Shown here: positions 1 to 13,700 of the stretch, one piece after another
Layout of the letters: every line of letters begins with the position of its first letter
Position numbering within the stretch: position 1 is the first letter of the stretch
Assembly: GCA_013265495.1 (NCBI GenBank)
Contig: MU057521.1
Location: forward strand, 1,624,335-1,688,334
DNA from: Vicugna vicugna
Lineage: Eukaryota
DNA length: 64,000 nt
Direction: 5' to 3'
Made by a program: the position numbers and the translations under genes
The notes under the pieces: generated by a model
Told to the model about the DNA's origin: nothing
Database searches by the model: none
Seen by the model: only the letters and a program-made list of their open reading frames with translations

Positions 1-613
1 GCCTGGTTCAGTAAGATACTGAGAGCTTTAACCAGAGCAGTGGAGAGAGAAAAGGAGACAGATATAGACGTTATCCTAGGACTTAGTAGTTATTATAGAA
101 GCTCGAAGATGACAAGTTTGCACTTGGAGTAATGGAAGAATTGTGGGTCAGAAAGTAGGAAGCAAGAGGTTGTGTGGAGGGTATTGTTAATTAATTCAGT
201 CAAGCTTGAGGACCAGACGCTCTGCTTAGGAGCTGGTGATATGAATGAACGAAGGCCTGTCTCCTGCCCTTGATATTTATGAATATTTTGCAGTTGAGGG
301 TAGATTTTGCTGAGGATGAGTTTGAAATGGTAATGCATGTTAGGCTGACAATAATTATTTGTTTAGCTGGCGAATGGACCTGGCTCACCACCCAGCTTCC
401 AGATCTCAGTGGGTCCTATTATGATATATGCAGTAACTGTCAGGAAGGTGATATAAACCTTTATTTACTTGAGCCCCCCCCCCCCTTTTTTTTCACATTC
501 GGAATGGGATTATGGCCATGGACAGAAGTGATGAGGTCTAAAAAGAATGTTTATATTAAATTTTTGCAGCTCTCAGGATGAATGCCTTTTGAATCTCCAG
601 GCTTTCCTATCTG

Positions 614-630
614 GTGTGTGTGTGTGTGTG
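614..630. repeat. (GT)n microsatellite followed by a G-run
   Basis: Reads gtgtgtgtgtgtgtgtg then gggggggg. Confidence 0.9.
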
Positions 631-699
631 GGGGGGGAATCTGCATAAACAATTACAGTAAAACTGGAAATGCCTTAAGGGATTTACAAAATGCCTAGG

Positions 700-1900
700 G
701 AACCCAAAAGCCTGACAAATCAGCTCTCCCTGGAGGTGGAATGCTCTGAAAGGCTTCCTGAGAAGGACTCCCTGTGTGAATGGGGGACTAGCATTGTGTG
801 AAAAGGGCATGTCAGGAACTAACGCGTGATAAAAGGGCACGGTGTGTGCAGGGAATGGGAAGTAGCTGGAGCGGCAAGGTGTTAGGTGATGAGATTAGAA
901 GAGGTAGGAGATGAGACTAGAAAGGACAATTGGGGCCAGTTGATGAAAGGCCTCACATGCTTAAGGACTTGATTTGATAAGCAGTGGGAGCTACTGAGCA
1001 TTTTAAAGTGGGGAGTTTCATGATTAGATTTCTATTATAGGGCATTAACTGACAACCAGCTGGAGGGTGGATTGGAGAGGGACTGGAGACTTGGAGACTG
1101 CCTTGGTGGGGCATATAGTAACAGAGCACTCTGTTAGGAGCTGGAGATACAAAAAGACAGAATGGCCTTGCCTCAGGGAGTTCAGCCTAGTAGGAGACAA
1201 AGAAATCACTGCAGTATAGATTATGCTCCTTTTGAGGTTTGTACAATGTGGAGGTTGTACCCAGTACAGAATTAATCAATTCTGCTGCAGGTGAGTTAGG
1301 TGGGAGATTGTTTTGAATTTTAGAAAGAGTAGACCAGGAGTAGGAGTAGATGGGATGGACATGCCTGCCAAGGGGACTGAGGGGCCACCTAGGAGCTAGA
1401 TGAGGAAGAGCTAGACTAGGTCAGTGCAGATGAAGAACTGTAGACATGGGAACTGTTTAGAATGTAGAATTCTTGGACCTGATCAAATGATTGTATGTTG
1501 GAGGAGAAGGAATAGTTCAGGATTTATTATTCATTTGTGAAGTAATTTGAGTATATCTTCCACATTGGCAAGTGTGCCACTATCTTCCGTGTCAGGGATG
1601 TAGTGTGAACAAGACCAACAGGATTCTGTGTCTCAGGACCACTTGAAGGTTTCCAGTTTGGTTGACTAATCCCATCAACCAACAGGGAGAATGTAGGAGC
1701 AAGGTGAGGGGGAGAGAGAGTGAATTAGATTCTGGATGTGTTCTATTTAAGGTGCCTAAAGACATCCAGGTAGTCTGAGAGCTCAGGGGTTACCTGTGTT
1801 TAGGTAGGTGTTAAAGCGTTTGGATTGAATGAAATTGCTAGATCATATAGGTGGGGTGAGGAGAGGGCTGAGGAGGCAACTCTGAGGAATGCCTATATAT
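700..1900 (-). mobile_element. L2 LINE remnants (several fragments)
   Basis: Purine-rich antisense L2 phrases such as 'ggcttcctgagaagg', 'gagatgagactagaaagg...ggggccag', 'ttaaggtgcctaaagacatccagg' and 'gagagggctgaggaggcaactctgaggaatgcc'. Confidence 0.75.
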
Positions 1901-1919
1901 AAAAGTGCTGGTAGTGGAT

Positions 1920-2190
1920 TATGTTGAGTGAAAGAATTCAGATATAAAAGACGCACTTATGACAGAAGAAGGTCAATTAATAGGCAAAACTAATTTTTGA
2001 TGAAAGGTCATGATAGTTGTACCTTTCAGGGGGATATTGAGGGATAAGGGCTTGAGCCATCTGCTGTTGATAATGTTCTTTGTATCTTTCTGGGTTTTAT
2101 TTTCCTGGGTATGTGCATATAAAAAAATTTACTGACTGTACCCTTATGGTTTGTGTACCCTGCTAGATGTAAGTTGTACTTCAGTAGAAA
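1920..2190 (+). mobile_element. Old L1 (L1ME-like) 3' end fragment nested in L2
   Basis: 'atgttgagtgaaagaattcagatataaaag...ggcaaaactaat...gataatgttctttgtatc' resembles an L1ME 3' UTR. Confidence 0.65.
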
Positions 2191-3889
2191 GAAGGGAAGT
2201 GGTACTGAAGGAAGAAATTTGAACATTGTTTCTTGTATCCTGAAGGGAAAGAGAGAGGGGGGAGGCTAAGGATAATGGATGAATGGAGAGGGCAACATAA
2301 ACAAAGGAAAGTTCTGGAAGAAATAAGACAGGCAGAATCATGAACATGCGATGGAGTTAACCATGGGCGGGAAGAGGGCCACCTGTTTCTTTGAGACTGT
2401 TGGGAAGAACCTGTAAATACAAAGATTCATTTAAGTAATATTCAAGATGTTGGGCCTCAGTTTTCTTAGCGAAGAAATAAGGAGAAACCAAGTCTCAAGA
2501 TTTACTGAAATGTTTTTTCTTGAGTGAATCAATCAGCTAATTGTGGTTTATACCCCCCTTTGGGAATCTGTGACTGTGATTTCAGTCTACGCTGAATTTC
2601 CTATAGGGTGATCCTTTCTTAATTATCCTAACGCATCTTACTACACGGGAAGGGGAGGGTGGATAGTAAACTAGAGGTGGAGGAGATGATTGCCAACTCT
2701 GTTTTACAGGTTTGACTGTGCTTGCGTTGGGCAAGTTTGTTTTGATAGCACAGTTTTGGTTCCATCCTAATCTCAAATGTGTGCTTGGGTGTGGGGTGTG
2801 TAGGTGTGGAGACATGATGGTCAAAAACCTTCAGAAAGTTTATACCTTTGACAAAGTTGGGAATCATATTTTCTATTGTCCTATTTCCTTTCTGTTTAAA
2901 AATCACTTATGGAGTAATAAAACTTCTGAGATAGTTTTATTTTTTTCTCATGACCTACTGATGATACTTGCAGATATAAGAGCTGGTTCTGAAGAATGTG
3001 TTTTCCATTCCTAGATTGTCAGAGTGACTTGGCTTGAATCTGTTTATAAAGTGAACATGAAGATGTGATCAATTATAGGTTTAGAAAGATAAAAATCAGA
3101 TTGTATAGGGGACAATTATTAAATAATAAATACTGTTAAGATGCCATGTTAAACCTATCATTTTTCCTCTTGTTAATTGTAATAAGCGTTCAATTTCTGT
3201 TCTGCGCTCAGTTCTGGGCTAGATGCTGAGATTTCAAATTGTCCTTATTAAAACAAAGGAAAAGCTAGTGGTTAGGTTGTTCTTAAGAATATAATTGCCC
3301 AAATATTTACTGAAGTATCTAGGTCTTTTGCTTATGTTATATTCCAGGTGCATAGTTGGTTTCTGTAAATTTTTAATAATGATGTTTTGGAGAATAGGAT
3401 AGAAACTCTTGAGAAAGAAATGTAATTATTAATTCTTCGTATCGAACATGATGAATTGCCAAACAGCAGCAATATTGCAGACTGGAAAAAAAAGACTTGT
3501 TTTTTGATTTTGGAGAGCCTGGTGGAATGGCAGTAGAGTTGCTTTCTGTGTTGTTGTTGTTGTTATTTACTTAGCGTCATATTTATTGAACTGGCAGTTG
3601 TTGGCCCCCAATTTTGTTTATGTTCAAAAGTCACTGATCATTGTGACAGAAACTTTTCATATGGGATACTGTCTTTTTTTCTCATCTACTTAGTCCATTC
3701 AAACAGTTACTGAATGCTTCACTCCTGAGGCATAAGGTGCTTTGAAGGTTGGGTGGAAAGATGAGTCAGATAGATTGTCCACCTTTTCAGAAGCTTTAGG
3801 CAGATTGTACAAGGACACAGGTGATCATAGAACAGGGCAGAGTGAGCTGGTACAGGGAGAGTTCTCCTTCCTTCTTTTCTTACAAATAG

Positions 3890-4500
3890 CTCTTGAACCT
3901 TGTGCCTATTACATGCCGGTCATTGGTAAGACAGAAATAGTCCCTGCCCTTGTGACTTCACAGCAAGGAGGAGACTTGTCAAACACATATAAATAATCTC
4001 TTAATTGTATTGTGTGCCACTAAGGAAAAATCACAGTGTATTTTATAGCAATGAATCCTTGTCATTTAAGCTGAGACCTGAGGGATGAATAGTGGTTTGG
4101 GGGATTGGAGTACATGGAAGAGCATTCCAAAATGGGGGACACTGTGCATGAAGGCTCTAAGACAGGGAGCCCAGCATGTTTAAGAACCTAGAGGAAGGAC
4201 CCTTGTGAGTATCATGTAGTGAGTGAGGGTGAGAGTGTCGTGAGGCCAGGCTGGAGAAATAGTCAGGGCTGGATTGTGGGTGGGAGGTGTGGTCTGGGGC
4301 CAAGTTCTGCCAGGTTCAGGTCATCATAGTTCCTCCTCTACCCCCTTAAATCAAATACAAGATAGGTAGGCGTGCACTTTTGGTTATCTGGCTATAAGGG
4401 CCTTATAGGTCACAGTGTTTGGGAATTGATTTTAAGAATAATAGGAAACCATTCCATTGAGTTATCAAACATCATTTAGATTTGTCTTTTTCAAGGACAG
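3890..4500 (-). mobile_element. L2 (L2a-like) fragment
   Basis: 'aagacagaaatagtccctgcccttgtgacttc', 'catttaagctgagacctgagggatgaatag' and 'tgaggccaggctggagaaatagtcagggc'. Confidence 0.75.
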
Positions 4501-5379
4501 GTGCCATGACTATCATTTTATAATTTCCTTTCATCTTACCAGTAAGAAGGATAAAGGGAGGATGAAAGTAACCCCATCTTTTCTATATTTGCTAAGCCTT
4601 CTGTTCTGGACACCTAAGAATAGCCACCTGTCTATCTTCTGATACACTCCCTGCGTGTGTTTTCATCTCTCTAGCTTTCCCTGGCCAACGAGGGCTATAC
4701 TGGCTGCACTGGAAACCCTGGATACTCCCAAATTACATGGGGCAATGATCTGATAACAAAGGCATAGCCTTTTTTTTTTTTTTTAAATAATGGCTTCACA
4801 TTTTTTTTTTTTACAGAAAATTTTATTTTACCCTCTTTTGATCCCACCCCAGCTCCCTTTTTGTCCCCTTTCTTAGAAAAGAAAAATTAGTGCCTCTCAC
4901 TGAATGAGTATATAAACATTCCCTGTTGTATATTCCAACTTCCCCAACTCACCCCCAGCAATTAAGCTGTGCTGAACAGCAAGCATGTTTGACTGAGAAA
5001 ATTAAAAAACACCAATTCAGTGTGTTCTCTTGGCACTGTAGCAATGACTTTCGTTTTAATGAAGTTGGGATATAGTGTTACAATTTTTATGTCCTGTTAG
5101 GGAGACGTTCAGTGAGCGAATATCTGCTTAGGATTTCTTTTTTTACACTTTTTGTCCATAAAAGAGAGAGGTCCTCAGGTCATTTGTGCACAAAATCAAT
5201 TATTTTTCAATTAAGGACAGGTTAATTAGTTTTTTAATAGTGTTGAAGCTGTTATTCTCTGTTCTCCCTTTCCCCTCTCTTGTTCGTAATCTTTTGAATC
5301 GTTTTCCTTTTGATGAGATCAGGTGATAGTACACGGGAAAGAGGTAAAAACAATTCTTTATTTTAGGATTTTGCTGTTG

Positions 5380-5900
5380 TTTTCATGGAAAGTGTAAAAA
5401 CATTTTGAAAAGTAGGCGGAAGAGTGTCATGAACTCCTCCTCCTGTGTGCTCATCACCCAGCGTCAACAGTCACCTGCTCGTGGCCAGTCTTGCTTTACC
5501 TTGAGCCTCTGCTTCTGCCTAGATTACTTTGAAACAAATCCTAGATCTATCATTTCATCTATAAATTCTCTAAATTTAAGTATCTCTAAAACGTAAGTAC
5601 TCTTCTTTAAAAACAACCATAAACACCATTTTGTTTTGAAAAATTAATACTAATTGCTGTTTTTCAATGAGGTCAGTGTTCAGATTTCCAGTTGTCTTAA
5701 GTTTTTAGTTTGAATTATGATGCCGATATGGTCCATACCTTGTGATTGTCTTTCCTTGTCTTTTAGATGTCTTTTAATTTTAGGTTTCCCTTCTCTCCCT
5801 CCCTCTCTTTCTCTAGTAGTTTACTTCTTGAAAAAACCAGGTTATTTATTTTGTGATTTCCCGTAGTCTGGATTTTTGTAACATCCTTGTGATGTTAACA
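5380..5900 (-). mobile_element. Old L1 (L1MC/ME-like) 3' fragment
   Basis: 'tactttgaaacaaatcctagatctatcatttcatctataaat', 'cagtgttcagatttccagttgtc' and 'ggtccataccttgtgattg'. Confidence 0.65.
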
Positions 5901-6044
5901 GGAGTACATTGAAAGTTTGGGTGTATACTTTTTTTTTCTTTTGAGTTTTGCTTAACTTTTTTTTTTATTTTTGAGTTTTGCTTAACTTTTATGATCTTGA
6001 TCAAGAGAGTTAAGTTGGATCATCTTTTGGAAGACTCAGAAAAA

Positions 6045-6367
6045 GAGGTCCAAAACCAGTGCCCTGTGCCATGTATGGCCCACAGACCTGTTGTGTTTGG
6101 GAGACACAGTTTGAAATATTTCCAAATTACTTGTCATCAGTTCAACACTGTAAAGTTTCCCATAAAAATCAAGATTTTTCTTCTTCTTTTTTTTTAAATC
6201 AGAAGATCTGGGCACCCTGGCTTCTGTGGCGATGCCCACAGGTGTAGCTAACTGGTAGGGGCAGCTCCTCTTGGAGGATGCCTGTCCTCTCCAAGGTCCC
6301 TGGATTACTTCACTTATGTAGGTTTCCTGCCTGGTCCCCAAGGGCTGGTAGGATTTGTGAACCCTGA
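6045..6367 (-). mobile_element. MER102-like hAT-Charlie non-autonomous DNA transposon
   Basis: The - strand reads 'cagatcttctgattt...tcttgatttttatgggaaac...ccaaacacaacaggtctgtgggccatacatggc...ggttttggacctct'. The other end reads 'cagggttcacaaa'. Confidence 0.7.
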
Positions 6368-8429
6368 CTTAGAGCAACAGGAATTACTCTTACCTGCATG
6401 GTCTTGCTTAAGTTCTATGCATGGTAGTTTACTTGTAATTTTTGCTACATGTGTGACTCCAAGCTGGTGTTGGGGCTATTTTATCACCTAACAATCGATG
6501 TTTATTCAGATAAAGATCAGAGTACCAACTGATGCTCTCGTATATCTGTCATAAGACACATTCAGTGCATTGTATGAGTTTATTCTCATGCCCTGTGGGA
6601 GTTGGTGTTTATAGTTTTAGAACCTAACAGAATGCTTGGCACATAGTAGGTACTCAATAAATTCTTGTTAAATGAGTGAAGGCAGAAAGGAACCGGTAAA
6701 TAAGCTACAAGATGAAACAAAGGGAGAGAAAAGAACTCATGTAATGCATATCCGAGTTGGAATTTCAGTGATGTTCATACCTCTACTTCTTTCATTCGCA
6801 TGTAGTATCAGAAAGTGACTGTAATCATGGTGTGTTATACCACGCTATACAGTGTTAGAAATAACTTCTGGGTTTTTCTTCTCAAATGTTTGTCTCATAC
6901 ATTAATAACATGTAAGTTAGGGATAGATTTTCTAATCAGAGATTTCAGTTTATTTGTGGTTTGGAGAACATGCTAGCTGGGCTTTTGTGTTTTGCCCTAA
7001 GAACTTGGAGTGTAATTTCTCATTTGGTTTGTGTCTTATGTTAACAAAGGCTTGTAGCAAGTGTGAGAGAGGAAAGGACTTCAGCATGGACAGAGCTCTC
7101 AGACTTGAGGATATAGGAGTATCTGGCATGATTTGGTAAGGTTTTTAAACCTGGCATATGAGTATTACTGAAAATAATAATTAAGAATACTGTTTTTACG
7201 GTTTAATAATCTTATGTTATACTAATAAATACTTTAAAAATTATAATTGAGGTTTTTTTTTGTCTCTGTTTTGGTATGTCATAAAGCTGCCTGAACATTT
7301 TTTTGCTTACTGACACACCTTTTATAAAGAGTGTGGGTGTGTCAGGTTCTGTATACTTTGACTCCAGGAGGATATTTAATTTATCAAGAGTAGCAGAACA
7401 AGGAAAATAAATACATGTTACCAGTAGCATGCTCTAGCACAGTCTGAATTCTTAGTACTTGGTGATAATGTATGAGAATGTAGTTTGGATGAACCTAAGC
7501 CTTCAATAAACTGACATTTCTTTAAGAAGTCTAGCTCATTTTGCACATCTTTAATTGTGAACTGAAAAGAACAAGTGATACTATTAAAAGTAAGGAGTTT
7601 CGATTTTAAAGAGTCTTTCAGTGGCGTTTGTGGGTGGTGAGAAATGATAAACTCCTATTGAAAGTGTGTAGTATCCTCACATAATGAGGTGGAGTATTAT
7701 AGGGAAGTGTAATGCTGAAAGAAATTAGAGGGTTTTTTTATGTTGATGATTTTAATAATGTTAACACCCTGTATGTACAAAATGCTTTACAGTTTTCAAA
7801 GCCCTTTCAGTACTGAAATGATAATCACTGGACCAACTCTTGGAGACATTCCTGATTAAAAGAAAAATTCTTGATGTTACTGTTGCCCATTTAATTCCTG
7901 TTTTTTTTTTTAAATTGGTTACTGGTGATAAATGCTAGCCAATATTTCTGTTTTACATAAAGATAAAAGGAAAACTATGAAAAGAGTCTTTATAGTTTGG
8001 AGGAAAACTATGGTTTAAATGAAAGATTTGAAACTGAAATACTATACTAATTCCAAATGAATTGAGCCCCAGAGAGAGACTTTGCCAGAGGTGTTAAATC
8101 TAGATAACTGACCACTGGGTTTATTTTCAGCCCGTCTAGGGGAAGACTATAATCTTGCCTAATGCACTGCTTTATTGTATTAATAATTGGAGGTGTGGGT
8201 AGTTGGAAGAAAAACTAAAATTTTTATAGTGAGGTTTCCTCAGATTTTAGCACTTTCCTGCTCTTGTTAGTTACATTTTATTTTTGCAATTTGATTTTCT
8301 TCCATTTCTACATATAGCCTGTAAAAGCCTTTGAAAATTATAAGGGGAACACTATTTGGATGATGTGCTTAAATAACAATTAATTTAGTTTGATTTTGCC
8401 CAAGTAGTTTTATCTTTGCAGTATTTTTT

Positions 8430-10250
8430 TTCTTTAAAAGAATTTCTTGTGAGCGATTTCAAACCTGAAGTTGAGAGCAGTATAAAGAACACGTGTGTAC
8501 CCATTGCTCAGCCTTGTTGGATCTAACATTTTGCTTTATTTACTTTACATGTGATTTTTTTTTTAAAGAAGCAAACCTGTGTGCACCTCAGTGTCAGGAA
8601 TCTGGCACATGCTTTGTGAGAGCCATTCCTATATATTGTAGGTTTTTAAAAATTATTATTTATTACTATTTTAAAAATTATTATAAGCGGTACGTTCAAA
8701 TTTTAAAAAATTGTTTGGTGGTACATTGCAGTGCAGTTTATTTTTGCATTTTGATCTTCATCTAGCAACCTTGCTGAGATTTTGTTAGTTTTAGGAGTTT
8801 GTGTATTCTTATGAGTTATTTTGTGTAGTCACCCCATATCCCTTGCAAATTGTGGTGGTTTTATTTTGGGTCTTAAAATTTCTTTCTCTTGTCACACTGG
8901 TGAGGACTTAGAAAAATACAGTGAGTGGTGATAGGAAACTTTTTTGAATTTTTCCCTTACTTTAAAGGGAATTCATTTTGCCATTTAAAGTCTCTAGTTG
9001 ATAAACTTTCTAAGTTGTTAAGAATGGCATAAGAAGTTTGTTTTTAAAATTATGAAAGGAGTATTGATTTTATTGATTACTTTTCTATACCTAGAGATGA
9101 AATGGTGGTGTTTTTTTCCTCTCTTTAATCTGTGGAATGTGATAAATTATATGTTTAGATTTTTCTGATGTTAAGTTATTCATGCATTTTTAAAATTAAA
9201 AAAACTACTTTGCTGAATTCAATGAGCTAATATTTTATTTAGTACTGTTTTATTTATGTTATACAGGTGGAACTGGCATAAACATTCTTGAACTATTCTT
9301 CCCTTTTTTGGTTTCAAAGTTAAACTGCCTCAGAAGGTGAACTGGGGAGTGTTCCAGAGGGAGCAGCTTGTGTAAGATCTGAGTTATCTGTTTGTTCCTC
9401 TACTGTAAGGTAGAACTTGCTTAAACTTTCTGGGCCTGGTAGCTTCTTTACTGGTATTTCGATGTATCTAATGATTCTAGCTATATTCAGGTTTTCCAAT
9501 TCTTCTGGAGTCAGTGTTGGGAAGGTACATTTTTCTGAAAAACATTTGACGTCTGCTTTTCAGCCTTGTTGAAATCTCTATTACATTTAGCAGTATGCCT
9601 GCTTACTATTGTTGCTGTGTCTTCTGAACAGTGACTATGATGTTGCCCTTCTAAACAGCATGTAGCAGGCTTAAAATGTTATTTGAGTCTAAAAATTCAG
9701 TCTGTTTATCTACATTTTGATCTATTTATTTACTTTTAATTTTGTGCTCCCCCCATCTTTTTAGGTTTTGATTTTCTCTTTTCTTTTCATTTTACTGTTT
9801 TTTTTTTTTGCAGGGGGGGTACTTGGGTTTATTTATCTATTTCTTTACTTATTTTAATGGAGATACTGGGATTGAACCCAGGACCTTATGCATGCTAAGT
9901 GCTACACTACCACTGAGCTATGCCCTCCCCCAATTTTCTCTTTTCTTGATAGAGTTTTCTTTAGCTCTCATTTCACTTTTTTTTTTAAATCTGGAAATTT
10001 TATAATCTGCTTTATTATTTTAGTGTTTACCTTAAAATACTTAACTTGAATATGTGACTTAAAGTCTTTAGTTGCCATTTTTTTCAGCATCCTCTCCTTA
10101 AGAACAAACGGTTAAAAAAAAAAAGACCACCCTTCTCTTGTCGTAGGTGAAATTTCTGACTAATGTTTTTGTTTTTACTTTTTGCCCCTGAAATTAGATA
10201 CTACTACTTATATTTAATGTCAGCACATGTTTAGATTTATCCATAGGCTT
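8430..10250 (-). mobile_element. Highly decayed L1M fragments, interrupted by a young SINE
   Basis: Antisense L1 ORF2-type phrases 'ttgatcttcatctagcaaccttgctgag', 'gattttctgatgttaag' and 'gtagaacttgcttaaactttctgggcctggtagc'. Confidence 0.65.
9786..9932 (-). mobile_element. Camelid tRNA-derived SINE (Vic-1 type) with 15-bp TSD
   Basis: The - strand reads ggggagggcatagctcagtggtagtgtagcacttagcatgcataaggtcctgggttcaatcccagtatctcc, with A and B boxes and an A-rich tail. Perfect TSD attttctcttttctt at 9771-9785 and 9933-9947. Confidence 0.9.
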
Positions 10251-12565
10251 AGGAGTACTTTGAATATATAAATACATAAGGCGAATTTCTTTTTAAGAAT
10301 TCGAGTTTTACAGCCTCATATTGTCAAAGTCCAAGCCTCTTGGGGTTTGGAAGAAAAGGACAGATTCCCCTTCTCCCTGGGAATCTATGATGGAATAAAA
10401 TTTGAAGGTACCCTAGAATTTGACCTCTAGGTGGGAAAGAATTTGTACTTGTTAAGGGTGGATTAAATTATTATATCCAGCCAACTTCCTCGTGAAATGT
10501 TTATGTAAGAGTAAGAACAACATCAACTCAAGGGGAGAAATGGGGAGCCGGTAAGGGAGAATCATCTGGCCTGGTTAGTGCAGTCCTTGGGAAAGGCTTT
10601 CATTTGTATGCTGCCTAATTATACTGAAAAATAAAAGACTGAATCCATTAAATAGTCAGCCCCTTTGTGTAGCTCCTGAATTCCTTTAATTTAGTGGCTG
10701 CATAGAAGCTTTATTCAGAGCATTCATAGTCCTGTACTATCTTTCCTGTCTAGATGCCAGGTCCTATTCATGGTGTTCTCACTGCAGGAAGTTCTCACAT
10801 TCATTGAGGGGTGGATGAGGGGGGAGAGGGAAAAGATGGGGAGGAGGCAAAGGACTGTGTGGATCTTTTTCCCCCCTCCATTTCCTGCTCTGCTTCTTAA
10901 AAGCAAAACAAAACAAAACTCCAGACAAAAGGCAAACCCAAGAAGATAGCTATAAAGGAAATTCTCAAGTGACTCAATGGATTGATAACTCCTGGTAAAT
11001 CACAGAAAAGTTGTGTCTGCTCCTGGCATCTATTTACAAATAGTACTAGAACACCCAGAAAAAGCATTTCAGGTCAGCTGAGGGTAGGAGGCGTTGAAAG
11101 AATAGATGGCAGTGTGTTCCAAAGGATTTATTTCCTTCAACTGAATGTATTTTTAAAGACTTTTTTTTGAGGAGGGGTGGGTAAAGAATAACTCTAAGGT
11201 TGTAGTCAAGTTGGGAGCTGACACATTTAAGCAAGAGAGGAGTTCAAATGAACATCTGAAAATCTAAACAGGGGAATATAAAGAGGCCAAGGAATGCTTT
11301 TTATTCCTTCTGCAGATGTTTAAAAAATAGATATGATTTTAGATTTGGTTTTGAATATGTGACCTTTGATTAATGGATGCTGAATTGTTGCTTGTTTCCA
11401 ATTTTTTAAAATAGATATCACTTAGAGAAGAGAACTGGAATGATCTGAGTTTTGTTTTGTTTTGAGGCTGGTGGTAGTGGAAAATAAATAAAGGAATGAT
11501 GAGTGTAGATGGGCTCTTGAGAGTAAATAAATAGTGCACCAGTTTTGAATTGCCAGGATATTATCTTGGTTAATGGGTACTTCTGTAAACCAAGGGAAGT
11601 TCAAGCTTACTGAGTTTTGTTTGCCTAGATATCTTGACAAATGAAATGGAGAAGTTATCAGAGAGTGGTCTATGATAAATTCTTTTCTTGTTACATATTT
11701 AGTATCTTTTTTGAGGACTTTTGGGTATGTGGTATCATTTCAATTTTCTGATTTCCTGTTTGTTTTAGTAGATCCTTATTGTAGTTGATCATGCAATTAA
11801 AAAACAAAACAAAATCAAACAACCTCTCATCTTTGTAAAATCTTTAGTGGAAAACAGGAGTGAATAATTAGATAAAAACTAAAGGAAAGTGCAGAATGTA
11901 GTTGCTTGTTGTCCTGTATTTTGTACTGTGAAATATTTTAAAAAATTACAAACACAGAAAACATAGCTATTTAAGAGATATGGTTGGAAGAATTCCTGAC
12001 ATGTGGAGTCCTTGACTGGATGAGTAGGGATCCAAGTAATAGGATGTAATCAGGGCAAATAATTGACTGTTACGTAGTTTTCATTGAGAGAAATAATGGA
12101 GATTTGTGTGTGTGTGTGTGGTGGGAATGATAATGTGTAGCAATATTTTATTATGTTTAAGTATATAGTTAAAGTTATCTTTTCTACTATGGGAAGCTGA
12201 TAGGAAAAATGTTCCTAGTTAAATTTGAAATAAATGTTGCATCAGAGATTGTCCCTGTTTACTAGTGAATAGGTATTAATTTACAAAAGAGAAATAGGTA
12301 ACATTTTTATGTGATATTCCCAAGTGTTTTTGTTTCCATGCCTTGGGAAAATAATTCCTGAGGTAAAACTGTAATGTTTAAATTAGTTTCTGTCCTTTTT
12401 GCATTTCCTTTTTCTTTATCATTAATCATATTGGCTAATGAGTGTTGTAATTACTGAGAAACTAGATCTCAGGTACTATGTGTGTCCTTTATAGCTATTC
12501 ATGGTGTGATGTTTTTCTTTTAGGATATGTGCTTGTATGAATGACAGTGCTTATTATGTCTTAGA

Positions 12566-12676
12566 TAAGTAGACATCAGGGATGGTGCTAAACATCCTAT
12601 AAAGCACAGACCAGCCCCCACAACAAAGAATTATGTGGCTCTATATGTCAGTAATGTTGAAGTTCAAAAGCCTTGA
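12566..12676 (+). mobile_element. MER20 (hAT-Charlie), 3' half
   Basis: 'cagggatggtgctaaacatcctataaagcacagaccagcccccacaacaaagaattatgtggc...tgtcagtaatgttgaagtt'. Confidence 0.8.
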
Positions 12677-12914
12677 TCTAGAAATTGCCTGCGTAGAGAA
12701 AATGAAGGTCTTTGATTTAATCCCATAGAATATGCCTGCCTACCAAGAACTTTAAAGGAAGGGGCTCTTATGGGAAGAACACAAGGTTCCCAAGACTAAA
12801 AAAACCCACCAGTCAAACAGACAAACCAATAATTGGAAAAATAATGCCATGTGAGGCATTTATCTTACACTGAAACAACCTGCAGTGTTGGAGCCTGATT
12901 TTGTTTCTCATACA

Positions 12915-13700
12915 TGTATGTACCTTCTGTTATGTTCCAGGCATTGTAGGCACTGGGGAGAGAATAGAAACATGTGAAAGACTGGGCCCCTGCGGCTCAG
13001 AACCCCACACTGGCAATACCTTGTACAGCTCCTCTAATAAGTGTTGAGTACCAGATGTTGTGGGAGCACAGAGAAGGCAGGAATAACTCAGCCTGGGGAG
13101 GCAGAGAAGCCATCTTCATAGAAGACATGAAATTAAACAAGGGAAGGATATCAAATGAAACTCATAGAGGATGTCTAGAAGATGGTGGGGTTTTGCCAGA
13201 TGAAGAAAGTTGGGATACCAGCATCTCTTCTGGTGGGGTGGGAAACTTGTACAGAGGCATTGAGAGTGTGCAGAGTTTGGGGAAGTGGTTAGTTTTATGT
13301 GGCTAGAATGAAGACTGCCTCGGAGCGGATGGAGGGAGACGAGGTTGGAGTCGGTTTGGTAGAATCACTATGTGAAGAACCCTGTCTAATGTGTTATATA
13401 AGTAGAGTGTGGACTTTATTTTGTAGATACGGGCTTTATCTTGTAGGTGAGTGACAGGGTATTCATTTCAGGAAGATTACTTTAGGGGAGAATAAGAGGG
13501 GCAGAAGCAAGGAGACCGGTTTGAAGTTTGGCTGTTTAAGTTAATTTGAGAGAGAGTGAGGCAGTGAGAAGAAAAGGGAATAAAGGAGGTCAAGTTCAGA
13601 GCTGTTGAGAAAGAGCTGATGAAGGTAGGGTGGAGGACTTCAGCAAGAAGAAAAAAATTGAGACTGGATTCTAACTCCAGTGGAAATGAAGAACAAAAAA
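12915..13700 (-). mobile_element. L2 fragment
   Basis: 'tatgttccaggcattgtaggcactgggga', 'tgtgggagcacagagaaggcaggaataactcagcctgggg' and 'ggactttattttgtag'. Confidence 0.75.
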
